In this document: positions 1 to 13,202 of the stretch, one piece after another
How positions within the stretch are numbered: position 1 is the stretch's first letter
Layout: each line of letters begins with the position of its first letter
Origin: the human T2T-CHM13v2.0 reference genome, Homo sapiens
NCBI RefSeq assembly: GCF_009914755.1
Contig: NC_060925.1
Reading direction: 5' to 3' (one strand)
Length of the DNA: 64,000 nucleotides
Notes under the pieces: generated by a model
Told to the model about the DNA's origin: nothing
The model's database searches: none
The model's input: only the letters and a program-made list of their open reading frames with translations
Translations under genes and position numbers: made by a program

Positions 1-3000
1 CATACACAATCGAGTACAGTATATTGATGCTATTATTATTTTGAGCAAACTGTTATCTGTTACATCAATTAAGGATTTTTTTTTTTTTTTTTTAGAAGGG
101 CAGGGACAGTGGTTCATACCTATAATCCCAGCACATTGGGAGGCAGAGGCAGGAGGATCACTTGAGCCCAGGAGTTTGAGACCTGCCTGGGCAACATAGG
201 GAGACCCTGTGTCTACAAAAAATGTTTTAAAATTAGGCGGGTATGGTGGAACATGTCTGTGGTCCCAGCTACTAGGAAGGCTGAGGTGGAGAATCGCTGG
301 GCTCAGTAGTTCAGGGCTGCAGTGAGCTGTGATCATGCCACTGTACTCCAGCCTGGGTGACAGAGTGAGATCCCATCTCAAAACAAAAACAAAAACAAAA
401 AAGAGTAAACTTTTTTTTTATAATTTTACCTTCACTTATTCTTTCACTTAAACTCTGCCTTTCCGTATGTAGATTTGAGTTTCTGATCCATATCATTTCT
501 CTTCTCTCTAAAATACTTCTTTTAACACTTGCAAGGAAGGTCAACTAACAACAGATTTCTTCAATTTTTGTTTGTCAGAAAAATATTTCTCCTTTACTTT
601 TGAAGGATAATTTCCCAGCGTATGAAATTGAGGTTAGTGGATTTTTTTCTCTCAGTATTTTAAATATTTCACTCCACTTTCTTCTTGTTTGCATGGTTTT
701 CAAGAAGTTCGATGTAATTATTATTTTTGCTCCTCTGTAGGTAAGGTGTTCTTTTTCCCTCTATCCTCTCTAAGAATTTTTTCTTTATCCTAATTTTTTT
801 GTAGTTTGAAAATAATATGCCTAGGTGTAGGTTTCTTTGACATTTATCTTGAATGGTGTTCTCTGCGATTCCATTAATTTGAAGAAATTCTCTGTCATTA
901 TTGTTTCATATATGTCTCCATTTCCTTTCTTTCTTTATTCTTCCAGTATTCTCATTATATGTAGGTTACACTTTTTGTAGTTGTCCCACAATTCTTGAAT
1001 TTTCTGTTCTGTTTTTCAGTCTTTTTTTTTCTCTTCACTTTCAGTTTTGGAGGTTTCTATTGACATACTCTCAAGCTCACAAATTCTTTCCTCAGACATG
1101 TCCACTCTATTAATGAACCCGTCAAGGCATTCTTCATTTCTGTTACAGTGGTTTTGATCTCTAGCAGTTTCTTTTCTTTTTTTTTTTTGTAGTTATTTCT
1201 AAAAAATTTAATCTCTCTGCTTATATTGTCTCTGTTCTTACATGGTGTCTACTTCAATTAGAGTCCTCAGCATATTAGTCATAATTGTTCAAATTCCCAA
1301 TTTGATCATCTCAGCAGCTCTGCCATACTTGAGTTTGGTTCTGATACTTACTCTGTCTCTTTTAACTGTGTTTATTTTTTATTTTTTTGCCTTTTGGTAT
1401 GTGATTTTTTTCTTGAAAGCCAGACATAATGTACTGGGTACAAATAACTGTTGTAAATAGGCTTTTAGTAATGTGGTGGTAAGGTATGAGGGGAGGAGAA
1501 GTATTTTACATTGCCATGATTCCATTTCAGTCTTTTAGCGAGCCTGTGCTTCCAACTGTGACTGTGAACTTCACACCTGCTTCTCAGTACCTCAGTAACT
1601 CCCCACCCCATTAGATGGGACAGGATGGCTAGAGGACTGGAGTTGCTTATTTCTCTTCTTCCGTGTGGAAGGATAGAGGGGTCTGGGGTTGAATATTTAG
1701 TCTCCGATAAAACCCCAGCAGGTAGGCTGTGGTTAAATAATTTCTCCTGAGGGCAGATCTTCCCTAGTAAGAATAGAATGCTCTGATATGTTTCAAAATG
1801 ATTCCTTATTTAACTTTTCCCTGTCTGAAGCATGAGGGAATTTCTCCCAGTATTCACTGTTGTGAGTCTCCTCACAAAACTGTGGAGACCTCCAATGACT
1901 GGATCCCTTTGCAAGTTTTATCTCTTGGTCTTGTCTACACTATGTCTTCAGTAATTCATCAATTACATTTCAGGTTTCCCTACATAGTTTCCTTGGTGGT
2001 TTCTGCTCCAGTGAGTTGCCCTTCTTTGTATTCTCTTGTTGTTCTCTCCAATTTAGGGGGAATTGGTTTGTTCCATGATCTCAATTCTTTGATGGATCTA
2101 AAAAGAGTTGTTGACTTTTTTAGTTTATTCAGCTTTTTACTAGTTAGAATGGAGTGGTGACTTCCAAGTTTCTTATGTGCCAAGAATAGAAACTGGAAGT
2201 TCATGTTTTAAAATCTCTCAGTAATTCAATACTTTTCATTGATGAGTAGTATTCTATTGTATCTATATACCAAAATTTGTTTATACTCTCCCCAGCTGAT
2301 GGGCACTTATGTTGTTTTCATTTTTTTTTTTGCTAGTGTGAATACAGTTACTATTTTGTACAAGTTTTTTTGCGACCTTATTTATTGATTTCTCTTGATT
2401 CAATAGTAAGAATGGAGTAGTTGAATCCTAATGTAAGCATGTATCTAACTTTATAAGTAACCGTCTGTTTTTTGAAGGGGTTTTTATCATTTTACAGTAT
2501 CACCAGAGGGCTTGAAAGTTCTGGTTGCTGCACATGCATGCCAATATTTTGTGCTGTCAGTCTCTGTAGTTCAAGTCATTCTAATGTCTAGTTGTTCCAG
2601 CACCATTTGTTGAAAAGACATTTCCTTCCTCCACTGAAATTCTTTGATGCCTTTGTTGAAACCAGTCATCTATCTATGTGTAAGTTTGTATTTGAACTCT
2701 CTGTTCTGTTTCATTGATCTATTTTTTATCTTTACATTAATATTGCTTTATCTTTGGACAGAACAAGGGAATGTATGAATGTTTACTAACCCATGTACAT
2801 ACATATCTCTATGTTTCTGTATCTACTTATCCGTAATATTTTAAAATATACATGCATTCATGTTGGTATTGATTATCCCAGTCCAGCATCACGGATTCTA
2901 ATTGCCCTCACCTATTGCTTATTTGTAACATTTTTTTCTCTGACAGTGAAAAACCTGGCTTCCATTACCTACAATTTATTTACTTATTTGTTCACTTCTA

Positions 3001-5890
3001 GTATAGAAATAGTTTCAAATTTGCTAACTCCTACCCCTGTGAGAAACAAATTTACCAACTCGAGTTAGTGTTTGTATACACATAATTTTGTCTTTGTACT
3101 TATAGTATCCAGTAAAAACAATTTCCCAAAGTTAAGTCAAAAGCATTTTTACCTTTCAGTGATGTAATGTCAAACATTTGTAAGAGTTGTTTGTTACAGT
3201 CCACATGCTATCCTGTCAACCCCTGACATCCTGGTTAATTTTTATAAGTTTGCAGAGTTCACTTTTTGTATTGTACAGTTCAGTGGGAATTTGACAAGTG
3301 CATAGAGTTATGAATCTACCATCCCAGTGCCATACAGAATAGTTCGATCACTCTACAAATTACTCTATGTAGCTCCTTCGTTGTCTTCTTTTTCATCTCC
3401 CAATTCCAGGAAACCACTGATCTGTTCTCCTTTCCTATCGTTTTGCCCTTTTCATAATGTCATATGATTGAATCTTACATATGTAGTCTTTTGGTCTGCC
3501 TTCTTTCACCTGGCAAAATATACTTAAGGTTTATCCACGTTGTTACACAGATCACCTGAGTAGTAACCCATTGTATAGATATACCATAGTTTGTTTATGC
3601 GTTCACCTGTTGAATGAAATCTTCGTTCTTTCCAGTTTTTAATATTTGAATGAAGCTGCCATAAACATTTGTGGGCAAGTTTTTGTATGAACATACGTGT
3701 TCAATTCACTTGTGAAAATAGAAGTGAGATTGCTGGTTTCTATGGTAAGTATAGGTTTAAATTTATAAGAAAATGTTAAATTACTTTCGAACCCAGCTGT
3801 GTATTTTTATATTTCCAAAAGCAGTGAATGAGAGTTTCTATTGCTCTGCATCTTATCAGCATTTGGTATTGCGGATTTTGATTGGTTTTGAGGAGTTTTT
3901 TTTTAAATATATTCTGAGTATTTGTCCTTTGTCAAATATATGCATAGGAAACATATTTTCCTAGTCTACTGTCTTTTGATACGCAGAAGGTTTTAATTTT
4001 GATGAATTCCAATTTATAATTTTTTTATGGTTAGTGCTCTCTGTTAACTGTGTAAAAAAATCTTTGCCTACTTCAATGTTATGAAGATGCTCTCATGTGT
4101 TTTTTTTTTTTCCTAGAAAATTTATAATTTTAGCTTTTACTTTGAGGTCTGTAATTCCCCTCAAATTGATTTTTTTGAGTGTGTATGGTGAGATAAACAT
4201 CATGATTCATTTGTTTTCCATATGGATATCCAGTTGTTCCAGCACTATTTGTTGAAAGGACATTCCCTTCCTCCACTGAAATTCTCTGATGCCTTTGGTG
4301 AAACCAGTCATCTATCTATGTGTAAGTCTCCATTTGAACTTCTATTCTGTTCCATTGATCTATTTTTCTATCTTTACATCAGCATGGCCCCATCTTAACA
4401 TTCGCTTCATAAAAAGTTTTAACATTAGTTTAAAGTTCTCCAATTTTGTTCTTTTTTTTTAACTTTGCTGTAGCTATTCTATATATTTTGAATTTTAAAA
4501 TATATTTTAGAATCAGCTTGTCAGTTTCTTTAGTGTGCCTGTTTAGATTTTGAATTGACACGTGTTAAATCTGTAGATCAGTTTGGGTAGAATATTTATG
4601 TCAACAGGATTGATTCATCTAATCTTTGAATATACTCTCCATTTACTTAAATCTTTGCTGCTTATGAACAATGTTTTGTAGTATTCAATGTACAGATTTT
4701 ACAAACATTTTATTAAATTTTCCCTTGGTATTTCATATATTTTGATGTTTTTGTGTGTGTTATTGTTTAGTTAATTTGATTTTCCAATTGTTTGTACTAG
4801 TATATAGAAATTACACTGATTTTATGTTTTGAGCTTATATCCTGCAACCTTGATAAATTCACTTATTTGTTCTAATATTTGCTTTGTAGATGCTTTAGAA
4901 TTTACTAAGTGATGCCATCTGTAGATTTATTTTACTTCTTCCTTTTCATTCTTAATGCCTTTTATTCCTTTTTTTTTTTTTTTTTTTGCCTTATTGTACT
5001 TGCTAAAATCCCAGTCCAATATTGAAGTGGTAAGAATGAATATTCTCATCTTGCTCCTGATCTTAGAAGGGCAAAGCATTTATTATTCAATATTTCATTA
5101 TTAAATGTGCTATGAGCCATAAGGTTTTAGTGTTTCTTGTTTGTTTTCTTTTCGTAGTCAATTATTTATCTGGTTTAGAAAATTGCTGAGAGCTTTTTCT
5201 TTGTGATTAAGAATGATTGGTGAAATGATTTCTCTATATCTATTCCAATGATTGTATGATTTTACTTTATCCTTTATTATTTCAATGAGGTGAGTTATAC
5301 TGATAGATTTTCAAATGTTAAGCCAATCTTATGCTCCTGAAATAAAGTCTGATTGGTTGTGATGAATTGACTTTATTATATATTTCTGGGTTTGAGATAT
5401 TAATATTTTGTTCAGGATTTATAGGTCTAAGTTCATGAGGGATATTGATTTCACATCTTCTTTTTTATAATGACATTGCAAGATTTCGATAAGGGTTATC
5501 TTGACCTCATACGTTAAATGTTAAATATGTTAAAATTCCTTTCTCCACTATTTTCTGAAAGAGTTGTGTATATTATTTCTTACTAAGTGTTTGACAGAAT
5601 TCACCAGTGAAGTTACCTGAGCTTAGACTTTTCCTTGTGGGAGGTTTTAAATTGTGAATTTAATTATTTAACAATTAATAATGAATATTAAGATAGTAAT
5701 ATAATTAAGATTATCTAGTTTTTCCTATAATTCTTAATAATTTGTGTTATTCAGAGTATTTGCCAATTTTATCAAATTGACTGGCATTGTTTTTTCTGAA
5801 TATGTCCTTATTATCTTTTTAAGACTTGTAGAATCTGTAGTAATTTCTTTTATTCATAATTATGGTTATTTATATTTTCTCTTTTTCTTG
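1..5890 (-). mobile_element. Mosaic of old antisense L1M fragments (interrupted by an Alu at ~99-402)
   Basis: T-rich antisense L1 motifs, e.g. ccagttgttccagcac..tttgttgaaa, gaattcaccagtgaag, ttttagaatcagcttgtc. Confidence 0.8.
99..402 (+). mobile_element. AluJ
   Basis: Dimeric Alu with J-type ggaggatcacttgagcccaggag and gtctacaaaaaa; A-rich tail. Confidence 0.9.
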
Positions 5891-8084
5891 AGATATCCTT
5901 TAGGATATACCTAAGGTATATCTTGAGATATACCTTAGGTGGTAGAAGGCAGCTGGTGTGTTCAGTGATGTAGGTTGTCAGTCTTCTTCCAAGACACAAG
6001 GAAGAAGATTCTAGCTCTTCAGTCTCCTTATGTTCTCCTAATCTGGGGGCAAGAGCAGAAAATTCAGTCTACCTTTTTATCTTCAACTCTTTATCTTTAT
6101 TTTTATCTTCAACTTTTCAGAGATTAGAGACCCTGAATCTCATTAGGAACATTGTAGACTCACCAGTCCCCTCCAGGGCTTTAAGAATCTCAGGAAGTAA
6201 GCCTTCCCTATGGTAGTCCTCATTCAGTTCCTTGCCTTAGGGCTCATCAATATTGTCCTCTGAGCTTTAGTCAGGTCCCACATGAAGGAAGTTCATGACT
6301 CTTTTGTTCATGTCATCTAGGAAGGTCTTACTTGCTGTTTCCAGCAGGTGCTGGGCTTTCAGGAGATAGAGAACTGTGGTAAGAGTTGAGAGTGAATGGA
6401 GATAGTATGTTCAGGGAGTAGCCCCTTCCATTTTCTGGGTCCAAACTTTATTCTTTAAATTTAAATTTGTGAACATCATCTAGAAAGTTCTGTCTAAGGA
6501 TTCACCTAACATTTCCAGCATTGAAGACAAGCTCTGGAGTCACTCCTTGTTTTTAATCTCTATATATCTAATTTTGTTCCCAATGAGTTTGCTAAGGGAC
6601 ATAAAAACAGAACCAATGGATTATACTTCTAGAACAGGGAAGCCTTTTCCTTTGTTCCTTGGTATATTTTAAAGAAATGTTCTTCATTAATAATAAATGT
6701 GTATGATTATCTGAAATTTTCTCTCAATTCGATCCTTCTTTAAACATCACTGAAACCACTGAAAAACATTTTATTCCCAGCACTTCTGCTTTTTGAATGC
6801 CACTTTATTTCTTCTATTTCTCCTCTCTCTCTCTTCTAAGGTCATTTACATAAAAATGGAATCTTAAGGTGGTTTATCAATATGTTATGATCATTTTTAC
6901 CTGCAGCAGAGAATACTCACATTTGTTGTTGCCATGGAAGCAATTATGCTATGAAAAAAAAAAGAATGAAGATTTCAGTTCGGGTAGAATTTAGGTTGGA
7001 CTGACAATGTCGGTGAAATGAAAAGGTGCCTACTATTTGTACCTGAAAGAAAACAAGATACAAATCAGATAGTAATTATTCATTTTGTTTTAAGACTATC
7101 TATAAGAATGCAAAATCAAATTTGGAGTCAATTTGTAAGTCTTGCCCATACACTAAAGCTAACAAGAGAGTGCCATTTGGTGTCCTGATTGGTCTTTAAC
7201 CTTTATCAACTACATTGACCTAAAAAAAATTACTCCAACTTGAATATACTCCTCTTTTAACAAGCTAATCTTGAAAAACAAAATTAATCTTGAAAGATGA
7301 AGGGTAGCTCGATCAGCCACTTATCAGAGAAGCCACTGAGTTATATAATAATTTCCTTAGCACCTCCACTTCGGAGAATCTTTTTTCTAGTTTTGCAATA
7401 AACCCCATCTATAGTTATGTTTCCATTATATTCCAAACTAGAAGTGAATCATTGCCAAATAACATAGTATTGGATATTGAAGAGAAGTAACTTGAAGGTA
7501 AGCTATTTTGTAATTTGATAGAGGAACTCAATTGAAATATAAAGGTAATCACAAAACTTAGAGAGGAGGCAGAGAAGAGAACACTTTATGACTTCAGAAT
7601 ACCATTAACATTATCCTCAGAAACCAAACACAATTTTTTTAATGGACGATTTAAATATTTTTTCTCTTTAAATTCCCTTTCTACAAGTGCTTTTCTCAAT
7701 TCAGACTGTGGATAGTTCAGAACTTGGATCTTTGCCATCGCATGCAATTTGCTTTCTAATAATTTTTTATTTACATCCTGGAGAACTCATCTTCTCTGAA
7801 CATCCTGAGATCTAGGTACTTGGGACAGAGGAGGGATGAATGAAGGCTTTTCCTATCGTTGTTTATTGCCTTCCGGGAGAGTGGAATTTCTACAGTGATT
7901 TACAATTAACTGGAGACTGAGCAATCTGGAAGTGCCACTTTGCAGAACATTATGGAATGCCATTCTTTGGACATTTTTACAAGTGGGGAGGGATAAGCAT
8001 GGTATAAGAGAAGGAGCTCTGGATTGAGGTTTTAATGTATTTCAGTTCCCGTGCTAAGTACTTTACATTACATTACAGTGACAC

Positions 8085-8400
8085 CATGGTCACAGGCTTT
8101 TGAGTCAGGCAATCTGGGTTGGATGTGAACTCCCCACTTAGCATTATGGGATGTTAAGTGAGTTATTTAACCCATCTCTGCTTTATACCCTTATCTAATA
8201 AGAAAATAATAATTTATCAGCCTTAGAAACTTGTTACCATTAATTCTTAAATGTGTCCATAAGACAAATAATACTATTGTTTCCACTTTACAGATGACAA
8301 AACAGATGATTAGAGAGGTTGCATAACTTGCCCGAGGTCACACTCCTAGTTCAATGGCAAGATGGAATCTGAGCCTGGGCCAGTTTGACTTTAAAGACAT
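8085..8400. mobile_element. Two MIR fragments in opposite orientation
   Basis: tctgggtt...gagttatttaacc; ttacagatga..aaac...gagaggttgcataacttgcccgaggtcacac. Confidence 0.65.
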
Positions 8401-9159
8401 TATTCATTAGGATTACACCAGATGTGGCTCAGCTTCTAAGTAATTGTGTGATATTAGGAAAGATAATTATTCCTTCAGAGCCTCAATTTACATAACTGTG
8501 TGACTAATGGGGATCCTGGGGCTTAATAGAAACAGAGATACTTCCAGTTAACGGAAGTATCTGCTTATGAAGCAGGCAAGTGGCTATCACTAGAAGTGAA
8601 GACTACCTCTGTGAACTGGCATGATGTAGTAGGAAGTGCTTTGTGGGTTTAGATACAGTGTGGCCACTTGCTAGCTATGAGGTCTTGAGCAAACCAGTTC
8701 TCACATCTGTAACTGAGACTCAGCTGGATATCAACTTTCAATGCCCACCAGCATTAAAATATTCAACAGACATGTCAAATTCTGAAGACTGAGATTCAAA
8801 TCCAACATCTGACAGGACACCACTGTTTGGGCAACATCTGTGTTTGGCAAATGTGAAGGAACCATGCTCTGTGTGGAGGGCTCTTTAGTCGCTCCCCAAC
8901 TTGAACTAGCCAAGCAAAGAAGGTCTGAATGAGAACTTCAAGCAACAGCATGAGACCTCAGACTCAAGGCTTCACTTCCTTTTAAGCTTTTGCATTCTTA
9001 CGTTTCACTCTTCTCCTCATCTACCATCTTATTTCTGGCTAAATTAAGGAAAACCATTAGATGTCCAGCATCAGGACTCAATGTGTCAGAAATCAAACAC
9101 TCACTTAGAAGATTATGCCTCATTTCATTTTTCCATTTTGTTTTCTTTTTGGAGATTAA

Positions 9160-9350
9160 GTAAGCGGCTCTGCCACTTCTTAGCGATTTATTTAGAGTAA
9201 GTAACTTTTCTTCACTAAGCCTCAGTTTTCCTGTCTATAAACTGAGGATAATAAAAGCCACTTCCAGAAGTTGTAATAAAAATTAAATATGATAGTACAC
9301 GTAAAGTTCATAACAGAGTGCCTGGTACATAGTATGTGCTAACCCATAGT
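9160..9350 (+). mobile_element. MIR
   Basis: ctctgccactt...agcctcagttttcctgtctataaa...agtgcctggtacatagta. Confidence 0.7.
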
Positions 9351-9794
9351 TAGCTGGTGAGAGGAGCTCAGAAGTATAAAAAGAGGTAAAAATCAAGTGT
9401 TGGTAAGTTTTGTTTCTTGTGAGCAATTCTGATCCACAGTGATAGGAAAGGCCAACTTAACTTTTTCCTAAAATGAGGTTGGGAAACTTTCTGGGATTCA
9501 TATTATCTCTATCTACCTTACTGTGGACACTCAAGAAAATCATATGTAGTCAGATCTTGATATTAGCTAGCTGAAAATGTTGAATTTTAAACTCAGATAT
9601 TTGTCCTTAAACTATGTGTTGAATTATTTAATTTATATGTGCCTGGATTGTGCACAAAATTAAGACTTCATTTCTACCATTGATGATTTTCAGGTGAGCC
9701 AATAAGATTGCAAGCTATATTTTCAGGTCTGTAACTTAAGGAAAGGGCACAGCCTGTTAAACATCATTTTGTCATAGACCATCAGGTTGGATAC

Positions 9795-10140
9795 TGCATT
9801 AGTCCATTTTAATACTGCTATGAAGAAATACCAGAGACTGGGTAATTTATAAAGAAAAAGAAGTTTAACGGGCTCACAGTTCCACATGGCCAGGAAGCCC
9901 TCACAATCATGGCAAAAGGGGAAGGAGGAGCAAAGTCACGTCTTACATGGTGGCAGCCAAGAGAGCATTTGCAGGGGAACTCTCCCTTATAAAACTATCA
10001 GATCTCATGAGACTTATTAACTATCACAAAAATAACACAGGAAAAACCTGCCCCCATGATTCAATTACCTCCCACGGGTTCCCTCCCATGACTCGTGGGA
10101 ATTATGGGAGCTGCAATTCAAGGTGAGCCAAGCCCTATCA
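9795..10140 (-). mobile_element. THE1-type (MaLR) solo LTR
   Basis: tgcattagtcc...gagactgggtaattta...ctatca termini; 5-bp TSD-like gatac/gatgc. Confidence 0.88.
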
Positions 10141-11089
10141 GATGCTATAAGCTGTATGCTAAGCAAATGCAGAAAGACACAGATAGGACATAAGATCAAG
10201 GGCACATGTACTGAGCAAATAATATTTATGCAGAAAGACACAGATAGGACATAAGATCAGGGGCACAAGTACTGAACAAATCATTCCGTTGCATTTTGTA
10301 GATGTGGGTTGCCCAGACAGGGTGTTGTCATTAGAGGCCCTGGTTAAGAAAACAAGGGATAGGAAAAGAAACTTGGTAAGGTTCATGGAGGAAGTAGAGT
10401 GTCATAGGATGGGTCAGTGATAAAGTCTGCCTGATGATTTGTGGAAACAAAGAACATATTCTGGTCCAAATAAAATATTGAGAAAGGGCATCAGCAGAAG
10501 TAAAATGAGTAGACAAAGGAAGCACTGAATTAATTTGACTAAGAATAAGAGTAGAAGAGTAGAAAGAACAAACACTCTGTTTTTACAATCACATTTTAAA
10601 ATTTCAGTCACTGGCACTATTGCTTGATGCTTATTCAAGACACTAAACTTAGTGTCACCTTTTACTTCTCCCTCTTTTATCACATCCTGCCTCTCATTTT
10701 ATAAACCTCTTGGGTTGATGTACCTACTTTATTCTCTCATAAAATCATGACTTATCTTGCCATTTCCTAAGTGGGCTTACCTCCAGAAAATTTTTTGCAA
10801 ATACCTGTGTTTTAGCCTAATTAACTTTTTCTAAATTCACAATGGCTCCTACTTACAAGGATACAAGACAAAATGCCAATGTATCCTTTCATTCTAGGCT
10901 CTCTTATTGAATTTAATGTTATCTCTTATGACATTGTATAAAAAACATTTACTATGTTTATTGCTATGCAGCCTCTGTGTATTCCCTACTCTCCAGGTGC
11001 CCATGATCATGTGATAAACCAGTATGTGCCCTCACAGGTCTAGCAGTCAATATTCAAATCACTTCTTACAATGCAAGTGACTTCTTAGA

Positions 11090-11795
11090 TAGCTATTAGA
11101 GGGAAAAAAGCAAAAATTAAGAAGTGTTAGAAAAGATGTGGAGAAGCTGGAATGCTTGTGCATTGCTGGTGAAACTGTAAAATATAGCTGCTGTGAAAAA
11201 CAGTACGGTAGTTCCTCAAAAAACTATACATAGGATTACCATTGATCCAGCAATTTCATTTCTGGGCATACAGCCAAAAGATTTGAAAGCAGGGACTCAA
11301 ACAGATATTTGTACACCATGTTCATAACAGCATTATTCACAATAGCCAAAAGGTGAAAACAACCCAAATATCCATCAGCAGATGGGTGATAAACAAAATG
11401 TGGTATATGCATACAATGGAATATTACTCAGCCTTCAAAAGGAAGGAAATTCTGACACATACTATGACATTGATGAATCATAAGAACATTACGCTAAGTG
11501 AAACAAGCCATTCACCAAAGGACAAATACAACTGCACTTATATGAGATACCTAGAGTAGTCAGAATCATAGAGACAGAAAGTAGAATGGTGGTTGCCATG
11601 GGCTTGGGGGAGGGAGGAACAGAGTTAGTGGTTAACAGGTACAGAGTTTCAGTTGAAGAAGATGAAAAAATTCTGTAGATGTATGATGGTAGATGCTTGC
11701 ACAACCATCTGAATGTATTTAATGCCATATACTGTATACTTATAATTGGATGAAATGCTAAAATGTTATTGTTATATATATTTTACCACAATAAG
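11090..11795 (+). mobile_element. L1MB 3' end
   Basis: gatgtggagaa, aaatgtggtatat..atacaatggaatattactcagcc, atattttaccacaataa. Confidence 0.85.
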
Positions 11796-12760
11796 AAGTC
11801 TAAAGAAATCTTGGGGTAGTAAACAAAAAGTTAGATTCTTCCCCCAAATTGACTTAGCAGCATTAACGACAAATGCAAGAAATCTGTAGATGATGCCAAA
11901 AATATTAACACAATAAAAAAGATGAGAGAAAAGATAGATGTATAATAAGAATCTCCAAAAGATATAGAAAATAAGGGGATCAAACAAAGATAACAAATAA
12001 GAATAATGGAAGAAAATAAGAAATAGTAGAGAAATTTTGCTGAGTCAAAGAAGGACACAAGGTTACAAAAATGTACAGGTTCTTTAAGTACAATAAATTA
12101 ATGAATATGGAAAAGAACCATATACTTTAATGTGTTTTTTTTCCAAAGTATGTTTAGGAAAATACTAGTCGTACATGATAGTCTGAGCAGGGAGAGAAAG
12201 GGCAACCACATGTTAATAATTTTCAGAAGCAGTATAAATATTATACCCTTCTTGGTGCTTTGTACAAAACATCAGATCTAGGAATTCCGGTGGTGAAGAA
12301 ATCTGTTAATTTTTATTTAGCCCAGACTTTCCCTGGTTTAGTTGAACAAAACACCTAGTAATGTCTCAATACTCCCTTTGGAAAGAATGATGTAATTGAT
12401 GAAAGTACGTGGGATTTTTGAGTCAGCACCTGGATTTGCATGTTAGTTCTCTGTGTCTCTTGATTTTCTCCTATCAAATGGGAATAATAATAATAACAAT
12501 AATACCTATATTATAGGTAGATATTTCCTATTAGGGTGCATATTAGAAGTTGTGGTTGCTTGGCAAAGTAACCCATTAATTGATTTAATTAATAGATTAA
12601 CCAATTATCACCGGTTATAATACCATGCAGTAAAAAGTGAAATCCTGAATAAGTGGAACTACAAATTGATACCATTTTATGGGAACATATAAAAGTTGGA
12701 CCATAATTAGGGATCCTGATGGGCTGTGGTGGTTTTCTATAACTAGGTACTTGGGGATAA

Positions 12761-12765
<5 letters not shown>

Positions 12766-12799
<34 letters not shown>
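12766..12799 (+). repeat. (TG)n microsatellite
   Basis: About 17 TG units. Confidence 0.95.
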
Positions 12800-12802
<3 letters not shown>

Positions 12803-12856
12803 ACACGTGTGTTGATGACGAGTTGGCAAGAATTTCTTAAAAGATTAACAGAGTTA

Positions 12857-13202
12857 GGCCGGGCACAGTGGCACACGCCTGTAATCCCAGCACTTTGGGA
12901 GGCCTAGGCGGGTGGATCACGAGGTCAGGAGATCGAGACCATCCTGGCTAACACGGTGAAACCGCGTCTCTACTAAAAAAACAAAAACAAAAACAAAAAA
13001 TTAGCTGGGTGCAGTGGCGGGCGCCTGTAGTCCCAGCTTACTCCTGAGGCTGAGGCAGGAGAATGGCGTGAACCCAGGAGGCTGAGCTTGCAGTGAGCCG
13101 AGATCGTGCCACTGAACTCCAGCCTGGGCGACAGAGCGAGACTCCGTCTCAAAAAACAAACAAACAAACAAAAACCAAAAAAAAAAAACCACATAAAAAA
13201 CA
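12857..13202 (+). mobile_element. AluY with TSD
   Basis: gagatcgagaccatcctggctaacacggtg and gaatggcgtgaacc diagnostics; TSD aagat(t/g)aacagagtta. Confidence 0.93.
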
